A stretch of 64,000 nucleotides of DNA from Octopus sinensis. Lineage: Eukaryota. Where the stretch lies: the NCBI RefSeq assembly GCF_006345805.1, contig NC_042998.1, positions 188,046,001-188,110,000 of the forward strand, given 5' to 3'. The notes beneath the pieces were generated by a model. The model was not told the DNA's origin, did no database searches, and saw only the letters and a program-made list of their open reading frames with translations. Below, in pieces: positions 37,929 through 51,861 of the stretch; position 1 is the stretch's first letter, and each line of letters begins with the position of its first letter. The position numbers were made by a program, and so were the translations under genes.

Positions 37929-38283
37929 TTTACTCTTTTACTTGTTTCAGTCATTTGACTGCGGCCATGCTGGAGCACCACCTTTTTTAGAGCAACTAGT
38001 AAACCTAGTACTTATTCTATCGGTCTCTTTTGCCGAACCGACGGGGACGTAAACACACCAGCATCGGTTGTCAAGCAATGCTAGGGGGACAAACACAGAC
38101 ACACAAACACACACACACACATACTGTTTCCGTCAGTTTCCGTCTACCAAATCCACTCACAAGGCTTTGGTCGACCCGAGGCTATAGTAGAAGACACTTG
38201 CCCAAGGTGCCACGCAATGGGACTGAACATGGAAACATGTGGTTGGTAAACAAGCTACTTACCATACAGCCACTCCTGCGCCT
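37929..38283 (-). mobile_element. SINE family A, near full length
   Basis: Reverse complement of the 29858-30200 copy. A degraded plus-strand tail lies at ~37330-37510. Confidence 0.9.
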
Positions 38284-39703
38284 ATAATATTTGTGCTCTA
38301 TTTATTCCTATGTTTAAGTTCCGATGAGGTTGACTAGTTGTTTCAATTCTCTGGAGTCAGTAAAATGAACATTAATAATACAACGTATTTAAATCGATAA
38401 GGTATGCTCTTAAATGAATTTTAAAATGTTATTTATGGTTCTAGTTCGGAAGAAATGACAGTATCCGTGGATTTTGTAGGCCCCCTGAAACTAGTGAACT
38501 TGATGTAGCTTCAAAAAGTTGCTAGTCGACGTATTCCAGGAAATATGTGTATGGGTGGAGAATTTTAGCGGGTTGAAGAAGATTTAGAGAGAATGTTGAA
38601 CTTAAACAACAAAACACCATAAGAAATAAAACACAAATTCAGATTCCATCCTAGATATGTAGAAAATTTCCAGAAATACCTAGACGGAATATATGAAATT
38701 AATTAAAAAAATTATGCGAACTTTATTGAATGTTATTTCCTTGTCAATTGCCTCTTATTTAAATAGAAAAGAAATATGCAGCAATATAATTTCTTTTCTG
38801 TTTAAATAAAAGGCAATTGACAATAAAATAACAATCACATGATTGTAGACGTAACTATATGCAATGCATGTGAATAGTTTAAAACAGTTTACGTCAATTC
38901 TGAAACAATTTATAAATTTACTCCAATTTTCCACTTCTTTTCTTTTTACATGCAAAATTCGCGTTTCAATATGTAATTATTCATGTGACTACAATTAAAA
39001 AAACTTAAAACAAAAGTTACACATACACGCAAGTCCACACACACACACACACACACACTCACACACTTATTAAACCTATATGTGTGTATGTATGTGTGCG
39101 TGCGTGTGCGTATTTATGTATTATCTCTGGAACAAAACGAAAAGTACCCAATATGTACAGTATAATAAATATATGATCAGATTATTGTTAAAGTCGATAA
39201 TTTTCCCATGGTTTCAAGTTTTTCACCAGAGAGTTAACTCCTCAAAATGCTATAACCTCAAAAACTGTAGAATTGTCATAAGTTTTCAGCAGTGCAAGAC
39301 GGCAAATTGCAAATTTTCAGCTGATTCTGTTGTTTACTACTTGTAGATTTATCAGCTGGTATTACATTGTTACATTTTTCCAAGAAGAATTTGTATTCGT
39401 GACAACATTTTAACATTATCTCCGTCTTTATATTTTAAAATATGTTTTCTTTTTGTTACTATATAGTATTTATATGAAGTGCATTGCTGACATTGCTTTG
39501 CGTAATTTAGGTAGGATGCGGTGCATTTTATGCAGATACGTATATATGTATGTCACTATATACAAGTCATTATATATGAATATATATATATGTGTGTGTG
39601 TGTGTGTATGTATGTGTATGTGTGTGTGTGTATATGTGCGTGCGTGTATGCACGTATGTGTGTATATACGTATTTATGTATGTATGTGTGTGTGTATGTA
39701 TGT

Positions 39704-40253
39704 CTCTTCTATTTTTTATTATTATAAACCTTCTATTCAGGAGGGAGCTGGTTTCCAACAAAGATACAAGGTTCTATCTTTGGGATGTAAATTCACATTT
39801 GGAACTTGAGAAAAGTCTTGCATATTTTTACTGTTCCACTCACAGATTGCACTTGTAATGTACGAATTAGCCGGTCGATTTCTCTTTCTGAAAATCTCAG
39901 TTTATCCAGGTTTTCCTTTAAGCATTTATTTACAAAACCTAGTGCTCCAATTATTATTGGTATGAATAGGAATTCATAGTCTTGATATAGAAGCTGGACG
40001 TTTCGAAGCAGTCGTCCTTAGATATCCTCTTTTTCTTTGATTTTCAAAGAGATATTTATATCTGCAGGGCAGCTGACCCCCTAAGATGGTACATACCTTT
40101 GCTCTTCTGTCCCAAACAACAATATCCTGCCCGTTATGTTTACATTTGACATAAGTTTTGGTGGGAATATTCCGCCAGTGTTCTTTCAGTTGGTGTTTAT
40201 TAATGTATTCCAAAACAGAGGGATTTTCTAAGTTTATTTCAGAACAGTCTTGC
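39704..40253 (-). mobile_element. R4/Dong-clade element, 3' end (restriction-like endonuclease domain and 3'UTR), 5'-truncated
   Basis: KCKHNGQDIVVWDRRAKVCTI / VSCPADINISLKIKEKEDI...LLYQDYEFLFIPIIIGALG...VSGTVKICKTFLKFQM* (stop 39793-39795). Degenerate PD...E-type RLE motif. Confidence 0.82.
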
Positions 40254-40437
40254 GTATGTATGTATGTATGTATGTATGTATGTATGTATGTATGTATGTA
40301 TGTATGTATGTATGTATGTATGTATGTATGTTTGCATGTATGTGTATGTATGTATGTATGTATGTTGTATGTATGTATGTATGTATGTATGTATGTATGT
40401 ATGTATGTATGTATGTTTGCATGTATGTGTGTGTGTG

Positions 40438-40468
<31 letters not shown>

Positions 40469-40805
40469 TGTATGTATGTATGTATGTGTGCATGTATGTA
40501 TGTGTGCATGTATGTGTGTGTGTGTGTATGTATGTATGCATGTATGTATGTATGTGTGCATGTATGTAAGTGTGTGTATGTATGCATGTATGTTTGTATA
40601 CGTGTGTATGTATGCATGCATGTATGTATGTATGTATGCATGTATGTATGTATATGTGTGTATGCATGCATGCATGTATGTATGTATGTATGTATGTATG
40701 TATGTATGTATGTATTATGTATGTATGTAAGTATGTATATGTGTGTGTCTATGTATGTATGTATGTATCTATGTATGTATGTATATATGTATGTATGTAT
40801 GTATC
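40254..40805. repeat. (TATG)n microsatellite, compound
   Basis: Read directly from sequence. Confidence 0.97.
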
Positions 40806-42479
40806 ACACATTTTCATTAAAATCATCTACTGAACTGGGGAATCTTTTAAATTCTTATAATACAAGTATATAATATATTACTCCGAAAATTCAGATTTCA
40901 TAATTTCATTTACCCCAAATTTCGATGCTTTCTCCATTTCTGAGTTGCCATAATCTGGTTAAACTAAATTGTAAACAAAACTTAAACTGCACCAAGTTAC
41001 CCAGTTTTCATTGCATTAAATCTCAAGTGAGTATCTTGGCAACAAACCGTGTCTTTCTTTTCTAACTTCCAGCTTAACATGCTACAATTTGAACAGAATT
41101 TTTGTTATCAGTAATGGAGAAATATATTATATGTGCACAAAAATACAAATAATAAGCAACATGTGTGTTCCTGAAGTTAAAGAATTCTCTATAGTTGAGA
41201 GAACGTAGTGGTGTTTTGTAGTGCTAGTTATAACTGGAAAAGATTGAAATGTTTTATCCATACTCTAAGATACGCTTTTTATTTTATAATGTAGTCTGAG
41301 AAAGAAGTTGCAATTGACAATAGCCTTTTCAGACGTTTCCAGACTAGTGGGAGAAGATAAGAATGATTAACGTATAACCATATAGATAAATTTTCTTCAC
41401 GATAGCACTAGTATATACATTAAATTATAGTTTAGTTTAAGTTGCAAATTTGTTATATTGTATATTGAATAAACCAGTAAAGTTAATTTGGAAGAAATAG
41501 AAACGTTTGAACAACAAATTTTAAATCTATGATATAGAATATCCTTAGTATTGTCAAAGTCAAAATTCAAAAATGAAAACCACTAGTTGAAGTTTAGGGG
41601 ACACTACAAACTAAATAGTTACCGTGAGAAAATAGAAATAGGAAAATTTTTTTAATACTATTCAACCATAAAATTTCCTTATTTTGTCCTGACTAACCCT
41701 GCTCGAAATGGTTGAAAATATCTTTTCTCACTACTAAACTTATTCAGTTTGAAGAAGTTTATTGAATTTTTCCCAATGTTGTCCATTACTAGACAACTAG
41801 TGATGGATTATATTGTTTCTAGCTATCCAGTTGCTATAAAATTCAGTATTAAACTCTTGCGACATCTAAGCTGTTCAGTAGTCGTCGTCGTCGTGGTAGT
41901 AGTAGTCTGTTTAATTAGAATTATGTTCTGATTCTACCAATTTCGAGTCAACACGTAGGATTATTAAAATAAATACAATCATGTGAGGATGGAGATAACT
42001 ATATATATTATCTGCAATGTTATCTTGTGCATTCTCCACAATGTGTTTAGTAAGATAAAATTGACATCTCTCTAGTGACTCTTTTAGGGGCCTTGCCAAA
42101 AGAGATAACTACAAACTTTGTGATATTCTCTTATCAAATACTCTTCATTTATGTTGGGTCAGGCAGCAGAACTCCCGCAGAGACAGCCGTCTAGTTCGCA
42201 TCCAAATCTACATTGCCCACATTAGCTAAATCTTCCCCAATACTCTCTTAATTCTACCAGGCTCACTGCCACCTAAATGCGCATTAAGTGTGAAAGCAGC
42301 TCCACTCACTTAAACTGGCAAGGTTGCCATCCCTTACTGTATCTCTTCCATTGTCTTCAAACGATGAGTCCCAGAAGTAGACCTATTGTTTGAGAACAGC
42401 CCTACCAAACTTTAATTTCTATGTATATGGACGTCTGTCTATTTTGGGAACTTGCTATAGTGTTTTCCATTCTCAAAGA

Positions 42480-42700
42480 GGGCAGACACACCGTTGTTGG
42501 CATAAAAATCTAGCTAAACTACGAGTAAATTGGCTTCATCTGTCTTCTGCCTCATGGATCGGAAGTCTCTTGCCATATTGCACTAGATATGCTGATAGAA
42601 GTCTCCCTGATTCACTTTCTATGAACTCTGATATGCTTTGAGGCTCGGCTATATCCTCCACAATCCTCCTTTTGTACATCAACGACATGTTTCTTTGAAG
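42480..42700 (+). mobile_element. Old Jockey/CR1-group RT remnant
   Basis: CWHKNLAKL...SWIGSLL...NSDML*GSAISSTILLLYINDM resembles VWH..L..KL...WI.SFL...GVPQGSVLSPTLFLLYINDL. Confidence 0.5.
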
Positions 42701-42850
42701 ATTATACCACTCTTCCTAACTACACAATCAGCATTCATTTGCAGCCTAGATACCGCATGCAAAAAAACTTTTCATCCAATTCTTTCTTCCTAGGAAGTTA
42801 GTCCTTTTGAATTAACCATGTTTACTTGCAGTCGTCGACATGCAGTTATT

Positions 42851-43020
42851 CATCGAATACATCTGCTTGCGAAGATCATGGAGACCGCATTTCTATTTTA
42901 AAAAAACCCCTGATAAATATGGAAAATAAGGTTTCATCGAATACATCTGTTCTCGAAGATCATGGAGACCGTATTTCTATTTAAAAAAACCCCCTGATAA
43001 ATATGGAAAATAAGGTTTCA
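42851..43020 (+). repeat. Tandem duplication, two ~84-bp units
   Basis: catcgaatacatctg...gaagatcatggagacc...ggaaaataaggttt starts at 42851 and 42935. Confidence 0.92.
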
Positions 43021-43848
43021 TGCTGAGAAACATAATGGTACAATTGTATCATTTTAACATTCATTTGAAACGTTCGTTAACTTTGCTTCTATATTAACAG
43101 ATTGGTGGGAATTCCTCTGCTAAGAAAGATTTCGTTGTCGATGCCTTTACTTAATGAAGCTAACATAGTACTGTCAAACAAGCCGTTACCACTGCCCACA
43201 ATCAAAATCAGATCCAGGTTCAAGAGCTGGGAGAATGACACGACTGCAGTTTATAAAATTTGGAAAAAATATGTAACTCTTTATTGAACTGAAACAATAT
43301 GGAATAAGAAATACGAGGAAATACCAGCGAACAACCAATAAGCAATCCTCTACGAAGTTGCACAATCTTCTAGAAATAGCAGCGAAATCGCAAATCTCAC
43401 TCTACTACTTTAGAAAAGAAAGACGCATTTTATAATTGCAAATCCCACTATACTGCCTTCGAAAAAAATGATACGTCGTAATTTTCCCAAACATGAAAAC
43501 TTTTGTTTATAGATCTGCTCGATCAAGGCTGAAGAGCTTAAACAACCACAAAATACCATCAACTGACATGAACTCGAAGTTGATAATTTACCCAATTTCT
43601 TATGTATAAAAGTAAGCTATGTACTTAGAGCCAGCTGAATTAACTCAAGGATAACATCAAATAACAAAAATAAAAGCAACAACAACTGTGAAGTGACAAG
43701 CAAAACAGTCTCTTAAGGCTTGAGAATCGCAAGCATAAGTATCTACTTAAAGGATCATCATACTTGACCTTTAAGTCATGGACAAAATGTGCACTAATTT
43801 ATCGAAAACTCAACTTTAAACAAAATGTACATTGGAGCCACCAAAAAA

Positions 43849-43850
<2 letters not shown>

Positions 43851-43935
<85 letters not shown>

Positions 43936-43994
43936 ATCTATCTATCCGTGTGTATGTATGTGTACGTGTACGCTGACATGTGCGTGTGTACGTT

Positions 43995-44030
<36 letters not shown>
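43851..44030. repeat. (TCTA)n followed by (TG)n microsatellite
   Basis: Read directly from sequence. Confidence 0.95.
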
Positions 44031-44032
<2 letters not shown>

Positions 44033-46478
44033 ACTGTGTATGTTCTTGCATATGATAACATTCCAGTTCAGTGCAATATTTAGATGGTATCTTAAAAATC
44101 AAGAACTTATTCAAATATTTCAATGAAGCACTTTTAATATTAAATTTTAATTAGAATATTGAAACAACCTCTTAATTTGGGAGTATGGTATACAATTAAG
44201 TCAATGACACAGTAAGATCAATTTCACAGATAAAGATCATTTAAGTTACTAACTATTACCGATTTAGAGTAGTAAGCACTTTGCGAAGTATCGCTAGCTA
44301 AGTCCGCACTAAATTTGCCCTTTATGCTCGATCATTAAGTAAGAGAAATCTGACTTCAAGTTTTTCCCATACTATGTCAAATGAAAATGTAGAATAAAAA
44401 TATATTTGGCTGGTTTTCTCGCAAAAACAGAATAATTTCCCAGTGTAAAAAATCATAAAGGGACCTGTTTTATTTAGGTATAATCAGGTATTAACCCACA
44501 AATACATTTACACAGGCATGCAAAAATATTGTATTCACATGCACTACCACACATTTATATGACTGAGCAAATACATAAATGATGTAGACGCATATATAGC
44601 AAAAACGTATTGTTTTAATTTGTTAGATCTGTGAAGAAAAGAAGTACTCATAGCCTTCTAAAATTTCTGTTTATGCTCGGGCATTCAGTTATCGATTGGC
44701 CTGATTGAAGTAAGTTACTAGAGTGTAAGATAATGTTTTCTGTGTGTATTTTTATATCTACTACGGAAAATTGAATAAGGTATGAAAATGCATTTTGGTT
44801 TTCAAAATAAAGAATTGGTAAATATAAGAAAGGCAAAAGAAACAAGTGTGTGAAGGAAGCAAAATATGCATATTGTAGGATAATGTTAAATACAGCAATA
44901 TTACAGTTAGCATGAAGGTCGTTGCAGAGTAGGAGCTAAACCCCTGACTATCCTAAACCACGAGTCTGTTCCACTTTCTTGTGGTAATGTAAGTGTATAT
45001 TATGACAGTACTACAGAAAAACGGGGGAAAAAAATCAATATATTAAGCCATTTAATTTATTGCTCCGTGCATGCATGAGTGTGAGGACGAACAGTTAGCC
45101 TTATCATTTTCTAACATTTGTACTTTTTATTTTGTAAGAGCTATTTACAACAATACAAATTAGGATAAATGGCTGACTCGATAAAATATTGGAAATCCTG
45201 CTTAAGAGTTAACGGCGTATATTCTCTCACCGTTACTTCGTTTGTACTTTTAGCAAAGATACTTAGCTTTGAGCAAACTGGAATTATTTCCTCAAGTCAG
45301 TGTAGGTTAGTAGTTCTCAAACTCACAAATACCAGCCCCACTCCAAAATAGTAGTGAATATTTTTGCTTGTTCAATACGACAAAATAGGGTGTGTATCTA
45401 TATAGTCCTTATTTCTTCGTTATGGAGTTTAAAAAGTTTAAAACCATCTTATTTAACCTGATAATTTGTCTGACCACCTTTTCTATCCCCACAGTCCTAT
45501 TCAAGAGATTGCTCACTTCCGAGAAACACTGGTGTAAACTGGCAAGAATTTTACTACTTCTATAGGTATGAGAAGTGTTAGGTATTACTAGTCTCCTTTA
45601 ATATGTTTAATTGTACTAGTACAGTAACTATAATTTCCGTCCATGAGAATTGGGTATGAAAAACGTTTCAATTTTCAGTTTCATATCAGACTCCATTGCA
45701 GAGATAAAAATCAATAAATAATTAATGATAATAATTCCTTCCAAGACCTAACATTACTCCTACAATATTCAAATGCGAAAAACAATTTTGATATCACAGG
45801 CCAGCAAATACGAACCTCAAAATCCCTATATTATGATATATGGGACATAACAAATGTGCTATAAGAGTTACTAAACTGATAAGGTATTATCAACGTCACT
45901 ACAATTCCTTTATTTCTATATAAACAGATCTCTCCTTAGTCATACTACTAGGATGAATACGCTTCGCTGAGATCAAATAAGATCGAAACATGATTCGCTG
46001 CTTTCATCAATTAACTTTAAAGACAAGATCTACTCCCACCAGCATTGCATTTTCGGTTGGCTGGTATTATAAGAGTTATCTCCCTTGTTTGTTATTTTTA
46101 GATTATAACCCTCCCCTAGAGGAGTTCCCATCTACAAACTGCATGGTTAATCTCATTTATACCAATTTTTAAAGCTTCCTGTTTGATATACGTGAAACTC
46201 TAGCCTATGTGTATTTAGTGTGCAAAATGCTCCCAAGAGGTATTTTCCCATCAACGATGTTGCAGTACTCAGAAGTTGGTAAATTTAGTATTTAAAAAAA
46301 ACAAAAAAATTACAATACCATTGAGGGATTTCTCCACTGCACAATTTAAGTAAATAATGTAATATATATATATAAATCTAAGTTTACTTTAGCAGAAGAT
46401 ACAATTGCACCCGCTACTGAAATTTAATTATACAACGTTTAAAACATTTACTATATCACTCCTTCCCTTGTGTGTATT

Positions 46479-46544
<66 letters not shown>

Positions 46545-46799
46545 TGTATGTATGTACGTGTGTATATGTGTGTGTATGTGTGTGTGTAAGCGCACGCGCG
46601 AATTCTTGTTTGTGTCATACGCACACACACGCACGCATACGCGCGCGCGTATACACACAGTCACATAAATGAATGTGTTTTGTGTCTAACTGTACACAGA
46701 AAGGATCAATATTAACAGAAAATCACTCAATACTTATATAAAGTATGGAATGCATTTTTTACATTGAAAAAGAAGAGTTCACTTCAAAGATGTCTCAAC

Positions 46800-47690
46800 T
46801 GAAATGTCATATGACATATGGCTCCTCTTAGAATCCTCAGATATGTTTATGGCCTCCTGCCTTCAAAAACAAACCTGGTGAAGTGGGGGGAAATTAGGTA
46901 ACCCTGTATGCCTATTCTACCAAAGTAAACAAACAGTGAACCATATCCTTAGTTCATGCTAAGTGGTGCAAGCCCAAAAGACGATTTGTATCGCAAAAGA
47001 GAAGACATCGTCACCAGAAGCGCCTAATGTTCGACATGGCAAGAGGCAAAAGATGGTGACCTGGAACTGCTGTGTCAATTGAATCAAAGAAATGGGATTT
47101 TTTAGATGGAGCAGAAGACTGGGACTGCACAGTAGATTTTCCAGAATGGAAAAAAAAATCACCCTTAAATCTTTAAAAAAAAAACACCCTTAAAAAATCA
47201 TCCTTAAAAAAATCACCCTTAAAAAAAAATCACCCGTAAAAAAAAATCACCCTTAAATCTCCACTAACTTTCATCAAAACAAGTGACACTCACTTAACTC
47301 ACTGTGCCATATAAATGTAGAACGGAAGAAGCCCGCCTCTACAAGACTAAGAAATATGTCAGATGACCTATCAGATTTAAAAAAATCTGGCTTTCAAGTA
47401 AAAGCCTTCACTAGAGAGGTGGAAGCGAGCGGAATTTTGGGAAAATCTGCCTACTATCTAAAAAAAAAAACGGCTTTCAGTTTTATGAGGGGAAGAGAAC
47501 CAGCGCTCTTAAGGTAATGGTAGAGGCAGCTAAGAAGATTTTCAACTGGATCTGATTAAGGAGGAATGAAAATGAATTTAAGAAGGCATAATTTACCTTA
47601 CGTTCAACGGGTGTATTGGACCAAATTGATTTCGACATACAAGGTACCTTTGCTTTGGAGAACTTTGACCACTCAGAAAGCTGGACGATA
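46800..47690 (+). mobile_element. HERO/NeSL-type RLE non-LTR retrotransposon, 3' fragment
   Basis: Across frames: LLPSKTNLVKWG...PVC....QTVNHILSSC (zinc knuckle), SKQVTL..LTVPY...EEARLYKTKKY, KKSGFQVKAFT.EV..SGILGKSAY, MVEAAKKIFNWI.LRRNE..KKA* (stop ~47592). Confidence 0.7.
47151..47257 (+). repeat. Tandem ~17-19-bp AAAAAATCACCCTTA minisatellite inside the HERO fragment
   Basis: About six imperfect units read directly. Confidence 0.9.
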
Positions 47691-49135
47691 GTCACGTGTG
47701 AGCAACGAGAGAGAAAACAGGAGAAAGAGGGAGAGAGAGAGAGAGACATACATACACACATACAAAACGGTGAAGGGGAGAAAAAAGGGAATTCTTCATG
47801 TGATCATCTTTCTTTTCTTTCAGGACTGTCCTAATGACTGGATGTATCCTATCTCTCTCTTCTATCTTTTCTCTTGTAAAAGAAAATATTTCACTATTTT
47901 ACTCTCGTTCTGGTCTAACGACCCTCCATGTTTGTTTTCGTTCGGCTTCCTTGTATGTCTCCACTGTCCTACTTTTGTTCTCAACTTTGACCTTCCATAA
48001 ATCCCAAATTTTATTTTGGTACTTATGGGAGCAAATGTCTTCGAAGACTCATACTGTCATCCGATGCTTCAATTGAGTAGTAGACAGACAGCCGACAACT
48101 GATGAAGTGTCGTTCTTTATGTTACTTGTCCTGTTTTCCATTTATTTCTCTCGTTATTTGCGTATTGAGCTCATTTGTTTTTGTATTTCATGTTGTTTAC
48201 TGTTGGTGTCCTGTACTCATATATGCATATATATATATATAAAGCAAATGGTTTACACCAGGTAGCTTACTGGTAAAGCACGGTCACTTTCAGAGTGATC
48301 GTTAGGTATATAACAAATGAAAGACAGAAGATGGAATATACGAGAATTTATTATTAATCGCGACAATTGTTGAGTGTCCCACCCAAGAGGAATCAATGCT
48401 AGATGTATCGAAACAATTGTCGTGATTAATAATAGATTCTCGTGTTTTGTGACATATTTCAATACCTACAGTTACCGCAGGGAAAAATTCTTTCTTATGG
48501 TAAAAAAAAAAGGTGTAAAAACACCATATCTGCCCAGTGCTGCCACCTGTCGAATTCCCAAACATCGATGTTTCCAGCTTCTTAGCTGTTGTCAGTGAGA
48601 AATATTGAAGACCGGCAACTCTAGGCAGACCTAATCAAGTCGTGGTTTGAACTAAAATACAGTCAACAACATTGACTAATTTGCGCCAGTAGGCCGTCAG
48701 GTTTTGAAAATTACAGTAATATTAGCGCGAAGCCGTGTTTAGGTATAAGCGAACTTTAAGTTAGTTAAAATAAATCTGTGACATATTTCAACTGCTAAAG
48801 ACAAATTCACTGCAGTTACCGTGAAGAAAAATTCTCTCTTATGGTAAAAAGGGTGTAAAAACACCAAACCTCTCCATTACTGTAGGGTTCCCAGACATCG
48901 ATGTTTCTAGCTTCTCATATACATCTGTGAATATGTTTCAGCCTGTGTGCATGCATATGTGTCTGTGTATGACACATCCACATACTCATCTACACGTTCT
49001 CATATATAAATGTATGTATATGTATGCATATATATATATCTCATCGGCCTAAACTAAGTGCAAAGCGGTATTTTTCTCCTGGGGTTAAAATGTAATAACT
49101 AATTATAACGTTAATGAAACATCAATTTGTTCAGG

Positions 49136-49229
49136 ATCGGCACCTTGGACAAGTGTCTTCTACTTTAGCCTCGGGCCGACCAAAACCTTGTGAGTGGATT
49201 CGGTAGACGGAAACTGAAAGAAGCCCGTC

Positions 49230-49292
<63 letters not shown>

Positions 49293-49399
49293 CGTGACTG
49301 ACCAGGCTATCAGATGTTGCTACACATCGCTGGTCACACGCTTCACATTGTTTTAGCCTTCAAATGACGTCACCCCGCTGGCTAAGCGCGAGCATGCCA

Positions 49400-49482
<83 letters not shown>

Positions 49483-49483
49483 C

Positions 49484-49557
<74 letters not shown>

Positions 49558-49590
49558 ATGTGTTTGTGTGTCTGTGTGTGTCCCCCCAAC
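49136..49590 (+). mobile_element. 5'-truncated family A SINE with an unrelated ~105-bp fragment (49289-49395) nested in its internal (TA)n
   Basis: ccttggacaagtgtcttctac...gaagcccgtcg, then (TA)n, a foreign insert, (TA)n(TG)n, and tgtccccccaacat resuming family A. Confidence 0.7.
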
Positions 49591-49730
49591 ATATTTTACA
49601 TTGTCGAAGTCATTGCGACAAGAAGCCTCCCAAATATTGAATGAAATAGACACGCATACACAATCCATCCATCCATTCGGGTGTACATCCACACATCCAC
49701 TTAGCCAAACATACATACATACATTTGACG

Positions 49731-49956
49731 GGCGGCGAGCTGGCAGAAACGGTAGCACGCCGGGCGAAATGCGTAGCCGTATTTAGTCTGCTGTTACGTT
49801 CTGAGTTCAAATTCCGCCGAGGTCAACTTTGCCTTTCATCCTTTCGGGGTCGATTAATTAAGTACCAGTTACGCACTGGGGTCGATGTAATCGACTTAAT
49901 CCGTTTGTCTGTTCTTGTTTGTCTCCTCTGTGTTTAGCCCCTTGTGGGTAGTAAAG
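49731..49956 (+). mobile_element. SINE family B, full length
   Basis: Near-identical to 6569-6800. Flanked by (CATA)n on both sides. Confidence 0.9.
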
Positions 49957-49981
49957 ATACATACATACATACATACATACA

Positions 49982-50013
<32 letters not shown>

Positions 50014-50433
50014 CGTGTACGGAAGAAAGCAAAAAAAAAATGAAGAAAAAAAAAAGGAAATTGTGAATCGAATAGCAGCTGTTTAACACATTTCAAGGTG
50101 GAGACAAATAAATTACAACAGCGGCAACAACAGTAATTATTTTGTGCCGAAGAAAAAGAAGAAATGTAGAAAAATAGGAAATAAAGTAAAAAAAAAGAAA
50201 AAAAAGGTGTGGTGGAAATGAGGAGAAAGAAATGAAACCTCCCAAGATAATCCGACGAAACAGGCGTTTATTTGGTCTACTGACGATGCTGTGCAACAGA
50301 TTCAAGAAGGTTGGTCGTTGAAACCGTAGGAACTCTTCTAGCAATCACGTCCAACCTCCCAGTTAAACCTACACAATAAAAAGACTTACAGAGAAAACAA
50401 AAAAAAAAGAGAAAAAAATCAAAACAAATATAT

Positions 50434-50642
50434 ATTTCTTTATTGCCCACAAGGGGCTAAACATAGAGGGGACAAACAAGGACAGACAAAGGGATTAAGT
50501 CGATTACATCGACCCTCCCCCCAGTGCGAAACTGGTACTTTATTTATCGACCTCGGCGGAATTTGAACTCAGAACGTAGCGACAGACGAAATACCGCTAA
50601 GCATTTCACCCGGCGCGCTAACGAGTCTGCCAGCACGCCACC
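50434..50642 (-). mobile_element. SINE family B with internal deletion and 18-bp TSD
   Basis: Reverse complement of the 49731 copy. TSD AAATCAAAACAAATATAT at 50416-50433 and 50645-50662. Confidence 0.9.
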
Positions 50643-51319
50643 TTAAATCAAAACAAATATATGCACATTATTAGATTCTCACTTTGTTTTAGGGAAGTGA
50701 GTCTGCAATCAAGACAGTGTGTCATTTCATATTGAAGAAAAGATCAGTTTTTGTTTTCCCTCTTCCCTTCACAAATTCCTCTCTTATTTTTACTTTTTGC
50801 ATTCATTTCGTTATAGCCACCTACATATCTATCTTTGATTTTCAATATTATTTATTCCTTTATATTTCAATCTATATTTCTTACGTTTTCCCGTCTACCC
50901 TTCTGCCTATTTTTTCTCCTTTTTGTTTTTTTCTTTAACATCTCCCTAACTCACAATTCCTTTTTACCTATTTCGTTTTCTTTCTTTCTGTCTTTATTCT
51001 TTTTTTCTTTTTGTAACATCTCTTTTCTTATTTTGTTGGTGAAAGTGAACAAGAAAGACAGCTGCTTAAGAAATAAATAACACAAGAAACATCTTTTAAC
51101 GAAACTACAAAACATTTCACGTTACATTCTTCATAGAATTGGTTTTCAGAATAGCGGCGAATGATTTCTTTCACTCCGAATGATTTTTGTCAGTTTCTCG
51201 CATAATTTCACATAATTTTACATATATTAACATGCAAGCATACACACACACACACACACACACACAAAAGTGTGTGTATATGTATGTATTATACAATATA
51301 TGTATGTATGTACGTGTTT

Positions 51320-51672
<353 letters not shown>

Positions 51673-51686
51673 ACTTTATTGGTTAA

Positions 51687-51861
51687 CTAGGCTGCCATTG
51701 GTTTTATATTAAGAGATGTAGATAAATCTTAACAATTATCAGCCTATTGCATGAGACGTTGGTGTTCGTCTCCATCTTAGTGTTTTCATCCGTCCCATGC
51801 AATAGGCCTGATAATTCTTAAGAGATATTCATCTCTTAATATGAAACCAATGGTAGCCTAG
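51687..51861. mobile_element. Foldback/MITE-like element with ~75-bp inverted arms, flanked by TTAA
   Basis: Left TTAA-CTAGGCTGCCATTGGTTTTATATTAAGAGATG...CCTATTGCATGAGACG pairs with right CGTCCCATGCAATAGG...CATCTCTTAATATGAAACCAATGGTAGCCTAG-TTAA. Confidence 0.75.

Noticed and set aside
45965-45995. CTGA-GATC-AAATAA-GATC-GAAACATG, hammerhead-like
   Set aside because: It lacks the NGA of the core, the U16.1 and helix I. A non-functional remnant at best.
50275-50331. CTGACGA-T...T-GAAACCGTA hammerhead-like string on the + strand
   Set aside because: Helix I does not pair in the register required for an NUH triplet, and helix II is weak. At most a decayed copy.
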